This document shows positions 8,184 to 16,001 of a DNA stretch of 20,000 nt, in pieces. Both the position numbers and the translations under genes were made by a program. Every line of letters begins with the position of its first letter. Within the stretch, counting starts at the first letter, position 1. The notes below the pieces were generated by a model that had not been told where the DNA came from, did no database searches, and was given only the letters and a program-made list of their open reading frames with translations. The stretch is from an uncultured virus (IMG/VR IMGVR_UViG_3300037634_003213) (lineage: Duplodnaviria > Heunggongvirae > Uroviricota > Caudoviricetes), in IMG/VR virus record IMGVR_UViG_3300037634_003213, one strand, 5' to 3'.

Positions 8184-8729
8184 ATGGGACATTCAATCCC
8201 CGACCAAGACATGACCGATGCGCTCATCGTAGCACTCGGTAAACTTATCAACAACAAGACGTTCAAGACCGCTCGTCAAAAGCTGGAGCCTGGTTCATAC
8301 GATGTGCCAGTGTTGGTCCACGGAACCTTACAGGTTGACGTGGCAGAGGACTACAGCCGCAAGGGAACAAGCCGTATCCCTTACACCGTCGTCATTGCAT
8401 TGCTTCTCAAGCATGCTGGCTACACCAAGAAGTCCTCAGTGCGGACGCTGACAAAGGTGTTTCGTGAAGCTCACGAGATGGACAAGGACGCAGCCAAGCT
8501 TCTCATGCAGGAGTACGGACTCACTGAAGCCTTGACTACAGTGCAGAAGATTGTGGCTGACTCGCTTCCACCTATCCACGCCAAGGGTGTGGTCAAGGTT
8601 CAGAGCGAGGGCTTGGTAATCGAGCAGCGTGAGTTGACTCGCTCCGAGGCTGAAGCCCTGTTCCCTGCCGCAGCGGTGGCAGAGGATCGCAAGCTCAAGC
8701 CACGCAAAGAAGAAGAAGGAGGTGAGTGA
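8184..8729 (+). CDS. Hypothetical protein (start moved to ATG 8184)
   Basis: GGAGGCAACAACTATG start. Confidence 0.8.
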   Translation: MGHSIPDQDMTDALIVALGKLINNKTFKTARQKLEPGSYDVPVLVHGTLQVDVAEDYSRKGTSRIPYTVVIALLLKHAGYTKKSSVRTLTKVFREAHEMDKDAAKLLMQEYGLTEALTTVQKIVADSLPPIHAKGVVKVQSEGLVIEQRELTRSEAEALFPAAAVAEDRKLKPRKEEEGGE

Positions 8730-9154
8730 TGAGTGAGTCTTATGAAATACCAATCCGAATCAGTTTACTCCTTGAGGTAACAGTCGAAGCTGACAGCCTT
8801 GAGGAAGCCCAACAAAAGGCCCTAACCTTTGAGATAGATGACCAACTGGTGGGGGTAAACGATGGGGCCGATGGCCAGTGGTGCGAGTTTGACCAAACAA
8901 CGGAGGTGCGAGCGGGAAGAGTGAGCTTCGGAGCATACCTAAAGGATCAGCGGGGCAGGCTGGGGCTAACGCAAGGCGAGCTTGTGGAGCGCACAGCCGG
9001 AACGGTCTCGCAGTCGAGCTTAAGCCACTATGAAGCGGGGAGAAAAAGACCGGCTCACGCGGGGCTTGTCGCCCTCCTGGGGGCGCTCGGGGTCAACGGG
9101 ATCGATCGGGCGGTGGCTTTAACTGTTTGGGCTTCGCCCTTGGGAGGTGAGTGA
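8729..9154 (+). CDS. DpnD/PcfM-like N-terminal domain fused to an XRE-family helix-turn-helix
   Basis: VTVEADSLEEA; FGAYLKDQRGRLGLTQGELVERTAGTVSQSSLSHYEAGRKRP. Confidence 0.75.
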   Translation: MSESYEIPIRISLLLEVTVEADSLEEAQQKALTFEIDDQLVGVNDGADGQWCEFDQTTEVRAGRVSFGAYLKDQRGRLGLTQGELVERTAGTVSQSSLSHYEAGRKRPAHAGLVALLGALGVNGIDRAVALTVWASPLGGE

Positions 9155-9345
9155 TGACTGCCAAGCAAGCAATTGACCGGCTCAAGGCTGCCGGTATTGA
9201 CGTTAGAACTGCTCCCGCCACGGAGGTGGTTGAAAAACTGACCGAGCTTGCTACCGAGCTTCGGTGGTCTAACCCGGCCGAAAGGGCCAACAACATGCTG
9301 GCGCACCTTCAAGGGTTGACCGCCATCTTAGAAGGAGGTGAGTGA
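9154..9345 (+). CDS. Hypothetical protein
   Basis: Bounded by GGAGGTGAGTGATG cassettes. Confidence 0.75.
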   Translation: MTAKQAIDRLKAAGIDVRTAPATEVVEKLTELATELRWSNPAERANNMLAHLQGLTAILEGGE

Positions 9346-9545
9346 TGGAATATGAATACAAACCTGGAGAGTTCTTTAGATTCGAAAGCGAACAAGAGAA
9401 GAAAGAGTTTCAGGAGGAGGCCGACGACCGAGCCGTCCCCCTTGCTCAAGTCATTCAAGAGAACATCGACGAACAAAACCATGTCGGCGGTGCCGAGGAT
9501 GGACAATGGATGCGGGACAACGATCCCGACTGGAGGTACGGATGA
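9345..9545 (+). CDS. Hypothetical acidic protein
   Basis: GGAGGTGAGTGATG start. Confidence 0.7.
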   Translation: MEYEYKPGEFFRFESEQEKKEFQEEADDRAVPLAQVIQENIDEQNHVGGAEDGQWMRDNDPDWRYG

Positions 9546-9793
9546 GCGCCAAAGGATGTAAAGGCAGAGGCGGTAACGCTAATGGCAAGAAGAACGAGGG
9601 CCGCCGTCACGGTGGCGGTGGAAGTGGTAAAGGCAAGCGCCGTCGCGCTTCTGCCTCGCGCGTAGAGAAGGCTCACGAAACCGTTGAGCGTCGAGCGGGA
9701 AAGAAAGAAGCCACGGAGTATGACCCCGACTCCATCATGGGAATCATGGAAAACATAAAGAGTCTGGCCGACGAGATCAAAGGAGGTGAGTGA
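9542..9793 (+). CDS. Gly/Lys/Arg-rich basic small protein
   Basis: GGAGGTACGGATG start, ATGA overlap; MSAKGCKGRGGNANGKKNEGRRHGGGGSGKGKRRR. Confidence 0.7.
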   Translation: MSAKGCKGRGGNANGKKNEGRRHGGGGSGKGKRRRASASRVEKAHETVERRAGKKEATEYDPDSIMGIMENIKSLADEIKGGE

Positions 9794-10101
9794 TGAAGAG
9801 AAGCAAGTGGATTGAGACCGAGGTCGAGGAGGGGGGCAAGGTGTTCTTGCTCCCCGTTCGATGTCGTCTTGAAGTCAAGGACAATTACGTCCGAACAACA
9901 GTGCAAAGCAGGGATGCAAATACCGGCAAGTGGAATACCAAGATGCATTCAGAACCTATGCACATACCAAATACAAATACAATATCAATGGATGCATTGA
10001 ACGAAATGGCTCAGAAGTTTGCTGACAAACTCATCGAGTCTACTGAAACTTCATTGCACCCTGACTGGGAGGTGAGTGATGGGCGAGCAATTCAATCTTG
10101 A
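9793..10101 (+). CDS. Hypothetical protein
   Basis: GGAGGTGAGTGATG start. Confidence 0.7.
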   Translation: MKRSKWIETEVEEGGKVFLLPVRCRLEVKDNYVRTTVQSRDANTGKWNTKMHSEPMHIPNTNTISMDALNEMAQKFADKLIESTETSLHPDWEVSDGRAIQS

Positions 10102-10351
10102 AGAGATCAACAGCATCGGACTAAACAATCATCAGTGGATGATGGTCATCCAAGGACTGCAACGGAACCTTTTGTATTCGAGGAACTCAATCGCGAAACA
10201 CCGCGAGCTATACTCGGTTGACGCAGATCCAAAAAACACACGAGCAATAGCCGCCTACAGGGAGGACATCGAGAAGCATCAGGATATGCTGAAGTTCATT
10301 AGACAAAAGATTTTTACTAATGACGAGCGGAAAAATGTTCCCGACTTTTGA
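10079..10351 (+). CDS. Hypothetical helical protein
   Basis: GGAGGTGAGTGATG start. Confidence 0.7.
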   Translation: MGEQFNLEEINSIGLNNHQWMMVIQGLQRNLLYSRNSIAKHRELYSVDADPKNTRAIAAYREDIEKHQDMLKFIRQKIFTNDERKNVPDF

Positions 10352-10736
10352 ACGACAACCTATAGATGTTAGCGCGGTATCTGCTGCACACAAAGAGGCG
10401 ACCAAGGCGCTTAGGAAGGCAAGGGCTTCCGGCTCTACAGGACTTGAGGCCGCTGTCATTGCTCAACGAGAGAAGAACAACACCTACAAAAAACTAACGG
10501 GGACTGACCTCCCCGGTTTCAAAACGGAGGCAACTATGGAACCACTATCTAACTACGACGCTGTCGGTCTGGCCGAGGGCTTTGTCGAGGGAACTGATGA
10601 CCAACGCATCCAAGCGTGGCAGCAACTCATTGACACTGGCCTGGTCTGGCAGCTTCAGGGCGGCTTCGGGCGGACAGCAATGAGTCTGATTGAATCAGGC
10701 ATCTGCTCACCACCCAAACCAATCCCCGCACCTTAG
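10335..10736 (+). CDS. Hypothetical protein with internal in-frame start at 10536 (66-aa LIDTGLVWQLQG.FGRTA domain)
   Basis: GGAGGCAACTATG at 10526-10538; the C-terminal part resembles a recurrent stand-alone small phage protein. Confidence 0.65.
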   Translation: MFPTFERQPIDVSAVSAAHKEATKALRKARASGSTGLEAAVIAQREKNNTYKKLTGTDLPGFKTEATMEPLSNYDAVGLAEGFVEGTDDQRIQAWQQLIDTGLVWQLQGGFGRTAMSLIESGICSPPKPIPAP

Positions 10737-11308
10737 CGGTTGCGTGCCCACCCAGTACCCCTGGACTCCTGTGTTCTGGCCGTCGCATAACGCTCAAGGA
10801 TACGGACAGCCGCAGACCTGGCCTTCTTTGCACTCGACAAGTCGAGCGTCTTGAGGTCTGTAAAGTTTGCAGCCTTACCTCTCCGGCTCTTTCTGCAATC
10901 CCTATAGGCGAGAGCATCCTCGGACGATGACAGAAGAACACGAAACAAAGGGCCGTCTTGGTTGTACAGCATGTCAGACAGAGACCTTGTCTGTTCTGGG
11001 AGAGTCATCAAGTCTTCAAGAACCTCTTGGTCAACGTCATCCCAGTCAAGCACTTCATCTATGAGTGACTCAGACAATCTCCTCCAACCAGACTTGATGG
11101 GCCATGGCCGCTTAGGGACCACGGATAGATAACAGTTGATGGACGACTTCTGAGTTAGCCCACAAAACTCCCTAAGAGTTCTGGTTATCTCCGCCCTTGT
11201 GAAACCATCGAGTCGCATCTCTCGTACAATCTCTTGATGTTCACCTTTCCAAAGACGACTACGCATGAAACGATCCACAATAAGAACCGCAGAATCCAGA
11301 GCAATCAA
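10733..11308 (-). CDS. Hypothetical protein, possibly HTH-containing (start uncertain)
   Basis: 191 aa ORF fills the gap; GFTRAEITRTLREFCGLT segment is HTH-like. Confidence 0.55.
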   Translation of the reverse strand: MIALDSAVLIVDRFMRSRLWKGEHQEIVREMRLDGFTRAEITRTLREFCGLTQKSSINCYLSVVPKRPWPIKSGWRRLSESLIDEVLDWDDVDQEVLEDLMTLPEQTRSLSDMLYNQDGPLFRVLLSSSEDALAYRDCRKSRRGKAANFTDLKTLDLSSAKKARSAAVRILERYATARTQESRGTGWARNR

Positions 11309-11648
11309 TGTCGCTGATGGAAGCGAAGTACCCGCAGCACCCTGGCATTATGGTGCCGTCCAAGCATGGCTTGCCTGGCGCAAGGTGCAGCAAGAAATGG
11401 GAGACAGCATCTTGCTCAAGGACTTCTCCGCTGACTGTAGCAGTACGATGGTGCGCGTTGTCGCACTTCTGTCTGGTCTCAACAAAGGCTCGGGATCATT
11501 TAATGCCGTGCATAAGTGGTGCATTGAAATCTCAGCCTCTTGGAAAGAGCGGGGTGTGCCTTACGAGATGTGGCTGCTGGCCCGACCGGATGGAACGATT
11601 GGAGCCAAAGCAAGAAAAACTACTGACAACAAAGCTAAGACTGTATAA
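11265..11648 (+). CDS. Hypothetical protein, possible paralog of 11919..12194 (start uncertain)
   Basis: AVHKWC...LLARPDGTI vs ALHNWA...IGLWPDGDV. Confidence 0.5.
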   Translation: MKRSTIRTAESRAINVADGSEVPAAPWHYGAVQAWLAWRKVQQEMGDSILLKDFSADCSSTMVRVVALLSGLNKGSGSFNAVHKWCIEISASWKERGVPYEMWLLARPDGTIGAKARKTTDNKAKTV

Positions 11649-11683
11649 TATATGCATACACAAGGAGGAAACTAAAAAGCACC

Positions 11684-11938
11684 ATGACGAACTCTTTGCC
11701 TGTTCACCCACATGTGTTCTGGGCACCAACGACAACCTTTAAAATCACCACCAACAACTTCAAAATATGCTGGAAACGGGGGCCCAGACGGGAAGCAATG
11801 GGGGCAGACCCGATCAATAACCTTGGCGACATAACTACTAACGATAACCCTATCACCTATACAAAGACTCTTTGGAAGCGGATTGCCGCTATCAGCACGA
11901 GGAAACAAGGAAACAACCATGATAAGAACTACACCTAA
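11684..11938 (+). CDS. Hypothetical protein
   Basis: AGGAGG upstream (long spacing); TATAAT at 11644-11649. Confidence 0.35.
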   Translation: MTNSLPVHPHVFWAPTTTFKITTNNFKICWKRGPRREAMGADPINNLGDITTNDNPITYTKTLWKRIAAISTRKQGNNHDKNYT

Positions 11939-12194
11939 ACCAAAAGAAACACGCGCCCAGAAATTCTACAGGCTTTCCGAATGCAAATCAATGGCAGAGT
12001 TTGCACGCAAGACAAGCTTCCACCCAGTGACAATAAGAACATATCTCCTTCCATCCGATAGGAAAAGCTGGAGACCAACACCTATCCCTGCTTTGCATAA
12101 CTGGGCACAAGCCCTCAAGGAAGGCGGCGGACCATCAATCGCTATTGGGCTTTGGCCTGATGGGGACGTGACCTTTGAAGTCGAACAAGAATAG
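11919..12194 (+). CDS. Putative HTH DNA-binding protein
   Basis: AAGGAAACAACCATG start; SMAEFARKTSFHPVTIRTYL. Confidence 0.6.
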   Translation: MIRTTPKPKETRAQKFYRLSECKSMAEFARKTSFHPVTIRTYLLPSDRKSWRPTPIPALHNWAQALKEGGGPSIAIGLWPDGDVTFEVEQE

Positions 12195-12483
12195 GCGACC
12201 AAAGTATTGGTCAAACTGGAGAGAGGACTCAAAGCTGTCGAGCATAGTGGCTTCCTATGAGATCTTCATAGGGGATAGACTGTCTGTTGTATCGTTCACT
12301 AATACAGGCGCACCCATAATGGAGATAGTCTCGCCAAAAAGATCACTAAGAAAAAAAGCAAAAAAAGCAGGGATGATTTATGGGCGATGGCCAACAGAAA
12401 ACGGTGGAGAACGGCGCGGGTGGATACCTGGCCGACCTGATGAGCCGTTAGAAACAAACCCTTATTTAATTGAAAAGCGTTGA
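12175..12483 (+). CDS. Hypothetical basic protein (start uncertain)
   Basis: 102 aa ORF fills the gap before the convergence point. Confidence 0.5.
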   Translation: MKSNKNRRPKYWSNWREDSKLSSIVASYEIFIGDRLSVVSFTNTGAPIMEIVSPKRSLRKKAKKAGMIYGRWPTENGGERRGWIPGRPDEPLETNPYLIEKR

Positions 12484-12507
12484 TGAGTAGTAAAAGTCGG
12501 TTAGACT
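12480..12507 (+). promoter_or_regulatory. Putative sigma70 promoter for the candidate sRNA
   Basis: TTGATG (12480-12485)-16 bp-TAGACT (12502-12507). Confidence 0.4.
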
Positions 12508-12513
12508 TAAACC

Positions 12514-12585
12514 TGTCAGGTGTTGGTTGCCTCCAACCACGACGTTGCGACCCCGGTAGTGTCGGTCTCTATCGGGGTCGCTTTA
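12514..12585 (+). ncRNA. Candidate small RNA antisense to the GGAGGCAACCAA start motif
   Basis: TTGGTTGCCTCC at 12523-12534; stem GTTGG/CCAAC with loop TTGCCT; followed by a strong hairpin. Confidence 0.55.
12547..12584 (+). terminator. Intrinsic terminator-like hairpin at the convergence of + and - operons
   Basis: GCGACCCCGGTAG/CTATCGGGGTCGC 13-bp stem (one G-U, valid only on +), followed by a short TTT. Confidence 0.7.
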
Positions 12586-12592
12586 CGTCCAG

Positions 12593-12784
12593 CTAAGACT
12601 GTTGAGAATATCCATCGGCGGCCCAGCCGCCCCCTTTGAGTGAGAAGCTTGTCCGCGATACCATCTTATTGGTCCGCTTAGACTGGCACTTTGGACACAC
12701 CTGGGCTTTGTCGCGCTCCGCTTGGGACAAGAGCTTATCGAACTGAGCAGCGCAGTTGTCACAACGATATTCAAAGATGGGCAT
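12593..12784 (-). CDS. FmdB-family zinc-ribbon protein
   Basis: MPIFEYRCDNC...F...CPKC...SFSLKGGGW..DGY; starts immediately after the dnaB stop. Confidence 0.85.
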   Translation of the reverse strand: MPIFEYRCDNCAAQFDKLLSQAERDKAQVCPKCQSKRTNKMVSRTSFSLKGGGWAADGYSQQS

Positions 12785-12785
12785 T

Positions 12786-14186
12786 TTAGTACCAGGTTGG
12801 TTGACTGTCCTCATCATCAAGGTCTTTCCTTATACGCTTAACCTGTGTGAATTCAACGGGCCGCACTACCCGCCGAGTCTTGTCCTCAAACTTCTGGTTA
12901 CTCGCATTCCAATCCACATGCACAGTGCCGGTTGCTCCGTTGCGATGCTTGGATATAATAATCTCAGCGTCTGAGGGGTCAGCCCTTTCGTCGTAGTAAC
13001 TGTGCCTATAAAGGAACATCACCACGTCTGCGTCTTGTTCCAGTGAGCCAGAACCTCTTAGGTCTGACAGCATGGGCCGCTTGTTGGTGCGCTGCTCGCA
13101 GCCACGGTTGAGTTGGGCAAGGCAGAGGATAGGCACATCCAAATCTCTTGACAGCACCTTTAATGCACTGGACACCTGTGAAACACTTTGCTCCATACTC
13201 TCCGCTTTTGGCGGTCGAATAAGTTGCAGGTAGTCCACCACGATCAAACCAAGATCGGGCTGCCTTGACTTAAGGCGGCGTGCTTGTGCAGATATTTTTG
13301 CAATACTGATCCCAGCCTTATCTGAAACATACAAGGGAGAATCGTGAAGGAACTCAAGCGCTGATGTTTCAAGCCGGTCCCAATCTTTAGAGCTAAGGTC
13401 TCCCGTCTTTATGTTCCAAGCGTTTACCTTGGCAAGTGAAGAAGCCATTCGGTCAGTCAGTTGATCCGCGCTCATCTCTAAAGAAAAGAAAGCCACAGGT
13501 ACTCGTGCCTCTAAAGCAGCAACCGCAAGGTTTAAAGACATGGCTGTCTTGCCCATGGAGGGTCGAGCAGCCAACAACGTTAGGCCAGGGTGAAGGCCGC
13601 TCAATACATTGTCGAGCGCCACAAGGCCCGTAGACAAGGCAGTCACAGTTCCGCTGGCATTTAGCGCAGCAAGCCTCTCCCACCGATTCTGAGCGCTTTC
13701 GACAAGCTGCGGACCCTCATGCCAGTCGTCTCCACGTTGTCTGCCAGCAATGTCTAGTAGGTCCTTCTGGCCCTGCTCAATAAGCTCATCAATCTCTAAG
13801 CCGCCGTTGGTAGCGCAAGCCTGTAAATTTATAGAGGCTAAAACCATTCGCCTACGAATAGCCTTCTCTCTCATGTTCTTGGCATGGTAGGGAACCGAAT
13901 CAAGAACAGGACAACATTCAGGCAGGCTTGTGATGTATGCGAGGTCGTTATATTTAGACTCTGAATTTGTGGTCATGAGATGTTCGCAAACCATCAAGAC
14001 ATCAACGTGCTTCCCGCTGTGGGCTCGCGAGCGAATCAAAAGATAAAGGTTCTTGTGTTTGTTACTATAGAAATCGTCTGGCTCGATCTCACCAGCAACG
14101 TCATTCAATAGTGTGGAGTCTGATAGTAAACCTCCGAGAACAACTTTTTCGCTTTGAATGCTGTTAGGAAACTGCTTGTCGGTCAT
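12786..14186 (-). CDS. dnaB: Replicative DNA helicase
   Basis: AARPSMGKT (Walker A), FFSLEM, VDYLQL, QLNR..E.R..KRP.LSDLRGSGSLEQDAD, KHRNG.TG. Confidence 0.97.
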   Translation of the reverse strand: MTDKQFPNSIQSEKVVLGGLLSDSTLLNDVAGEIEPDDFYSNKHKNLYLLIRSRAHSGKHVDVLMVCEHLMTTNSESKYNDLAYITSLPECCPVLDSVPYHAKNMREKAIRRRMVLASINLQACATNGGLEIDELIEQGQKDLLDIAGRQRGDDWHEGPQLVESAQNRWERLAALNASGTVTALSTGLVALDNVLSGLHPGLTLLAARPSMGKTAMSLNLAVAALEARVPVAFFSLEMSADQLTDRMASSLAKVNAWNIKTGDLSSKDWDRLETSALEFLHDSPLYVSDKAGISIAKISAQARRLKSRQPDLGLIVVDYLQLIRPPKAESMEQSVSQVSSALKVLSRDLDVPILCLAQLNRGCEQRTNKRPMLSDLRGSGSLEQDADVVMFLYRHSYYDERADPSDAEIIISKHRNGATGTVHVDWNASNQKFEDKTRRVVRPVEFTQVKRIRKDLDDEDSQPTWY

Positions 14187-15151
14187 CGGTGGTTGCCTCT
14201 ACTAATGATTTTGTTTTGAGTGTTGCTCTGAAGCTCAGTCCGAACCTCTGATAGAAATTGATCGCGTACAACGTGTTGCTGTTTTCCAGGTCGGAGGGTT
14301 CCCAAAAATCTCCAGCCCCCCACTGAATCAACAGCCTCAACCATTGCTTCATGCACTCGTCGTATACTGTGAAGCGATGTTGGCCGAGAAGGATAAGCCC
14401 CAACCAAGAACAGCAGGCGCTCCCACAGAGCCTCGTACTTTGGTTCAAACGATTGCTTCTTAGGTGGAATGAATACCCATTCATTTCCATCCCATCTTTC
14501 TCTGGCCACTGTCACATTGCGATCTACCTTCTCTCTATTAAGAAGATTGGCAATGTCCATGTATCCCTGCTGTCGCCAGCTATCGACCAAGAAGTCACCG
14601 TCTGGAAACTCAAAGGCCATTCGGACAACAAGGATGAGATCCTGAGCGGTATGACCCCCAACCAAAGCGGCCCGTAACACACGCTCTCTACCCTTCGTTA
14701 GCTTGTTGTGGCGATGGGTCCTTCGGTATTGAGCTAACTCCCAGACATCAAACACAGTTCGGATCTCTACAACAAATCGTTCAGCACGTTTTGGGACGAT
14801 GACAGCAGCAGGTTGGGACGCAAAAAGAACCAGGCTTTCTGTGATTACAGGGGTTTGCGTATCCTCAACAGCGATAGTTTGGGACGGCACCGTATCTGTG
14901 TTGGGACAATTTGGTTTAAATCGATCCAGTATCGAGCGTGTTTTTCTTTCGGTAAGACCCCATCGACTCATTAGTTTTCGGCGCGACGGAACTTTTCCAG
15001 TTTCAAGTTCAAGAAAACCAATATCAATTTCTGCCAATTTAATAGGCCATGGTTTTTTTATAGCCTGCCGAACCTGCCTCCACGCATCAGCAGTGATTAA
15101 TAATCCGGTCGGTCCACTGTCTTTATTCATCTTGCCATCGGTCCTTTCCAC
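14183..15151 (-). CDS. Phage replication initiator/replisome organizer (N-terminal wHTH; start uncertain, ATG 15130 possible)
   Basis: SRRKLMSRWGLTERKTRSIL wHTH; directly upstream of dnaB; internal iteron-like repeats. Confidence 0.7.
   Translation of the reverse strand: MERTDGKMNKDSGPTGLLITADAWRQVRQAIKKPWPIKLAEIDIGFLELETGKVPSRRKLMSRWGLTERKTRSILDRFKPNCPNTDTVPSQTIAVEDTQTPVITESLVLFASQPAAVIVPKRAERFVVEIRTVFDVWELAQYRRTHRHNKLTKGRERVLRAALVGGHTAQDLILVVRMAFEFPDGDFLVDSWRQQGYMDIANLLNREKVDRNVTVARERWDGNEWVFIPPKKQSFEPKYEALWERLLFLVGAYPSRPTSLHSIRRVHEAMVEAVDSVGGWRFLGTLRPGKQQHVVRDQFLSEVRTELQSNTQNKIISRGNHR
14791..14907 (-). repeat. Four GTCCCAA iteron-like repeats inside the initiator gene
   Basis: TTGGGAC on + at 14791, 14813, 14879, 14901 (spacings 22, 66, 22). 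Confidence 0.75.
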
Positions 15152-15201
15152 TTCTACTGATTCATAGCGAAAACTGTTTGACTGTCAATGCCTGTGACAA
15201 A

Positions 15202-15720
15202 TCATGACAATTCGTTTTGCAAATTTCTAAGGCCCCACATTGCGATACACGCCGCGTCAGCAATGCCGTCGTGAGCTTTGCGTTTTCTGCCTGGTGATAA
15301 ATCCAGTTTGGGTAGCCGCTGTTTACAAAGATAAATGGCGCGGCCCTTTCCTGAGCCGGGGACATCTCGGAGCACTGACTTTTGCCAGGTCTTAGGATGC
15401 ACCACCGAACAGGGGATGGCTAATGTCCCTATTACACCAAGCCACAAGCCGTACCCCATCCCAAGCGAAAACATTGAAGTCCCGCCCTGTGACGGCATGG
15501 CCTGCTGTTTTTCTATACATACAAGACGCACTTCTTGCAGCGCATGAAGCTCAGTTAAATGATTCCCCATAGCGACTGCGTCATATTCTCGTCGGCTACC
15601 TTTCCCAATCGGAACTGTGAACCGCTCCTTGGTAAGCGCTACACTCCTTATGATTCCGTGTTCGTCCATGGCGACAACCGCGCCGTCTTTCCCTGGGTCA
15701 ATTGCTACTACTAAACTCAT
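15202..15720 (-). CDS. RuvC-like Holliday junction resolvase
   Basis: VAIDPGKDG, CIEKQ, SMFSLG..YG, V.PKTWQK, DGIADAACIA; GGAGGCAGAAAATG start. Confidence 0.88.
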   Translation of the reverse strand: MSLVVAIDPGKDGAVVAMDEHGIIRSVALTKERFTVPIGKGSRREYDAVAMGNHLTELHALQEVRLVCIEKQQAMPSQGGTSMFSLGMGYGLWLGVIGTLAIPCSVVHPKTWQKSVLRDVPGSGKGRAIYLCKQRLPKLDLSPGRKRKAHDGIADAACIAMWGLRNLQNELS

Positions 15721-15958
15721 TTTCTGCCTCCAATATCTCGGGTACAAGGTCATCAAACATAAGGGAACCAGGCTTGACGCCAAGCCGCGACGAAATTTCT
15801 TCAAGCCGTTTTTTTCTTGGAGCAACGCGGCCCGACATGTACCGCTTTAAAAGCGAGTAGTCTATGCCTGTTTCCCTGGAAAACTGCCTGAACCCGCAGC
15901 CGTAAGCTTGGATTAGGTAGTGAAGGTTCTGACCAAATATTCGATAGGGCTCGTTCAT
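15698..15958 (-). CDS. XRE/Cro-family HTH regulator
   Basis: FGQNL...FRQFSRETGIDYSLLKRYMSGRVAP....LEEIS..LGV. Confidence 0.85.
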   Translation of the reverse strand: MNEPYRIFGQNLHYLIQAYGCGFRQFSRETGIDYSLLKRYMSGRVAPRKKRLEEISSRLGVKPGSLMFDDLVPEILEAENEFSSSN

Positions 15959-16001
15959 TGTTTCTACTATATAGTATTGGGGGCAAAATGCACACCCACC
16001 C

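Larger units (their letters stand above)
7296..10081 (+). promoter_or_regulatory. Dispersed SD/stop/start cassette GGAGGTGAGTGATG, 7 exact copies
   Basis: At 7296, 7451, 8718, 9143, 9334, 9782, 10068. Confidence 0.9.

Noticed and set aside
9542..9793. ArfA-like ribosome rescue factor
   Set aside because: Only a GKGK low-complexity resemblance; the rest of the ArfA pattern is absent.
924..10459. Numerous minus-strand and alternate-frame ORFs in the track (e.g. 1168..1686, 6744..7493)
   Set aside because: They shadow + strand genes that have clear RBS motifs and translational coupling.
12520..12534. RBS of a minus-strand gene
   Set aside because: Minus strand reads GGAGGCAACCAACACCTGACAGG with no ATG, GTG or TTG at usable spacing.
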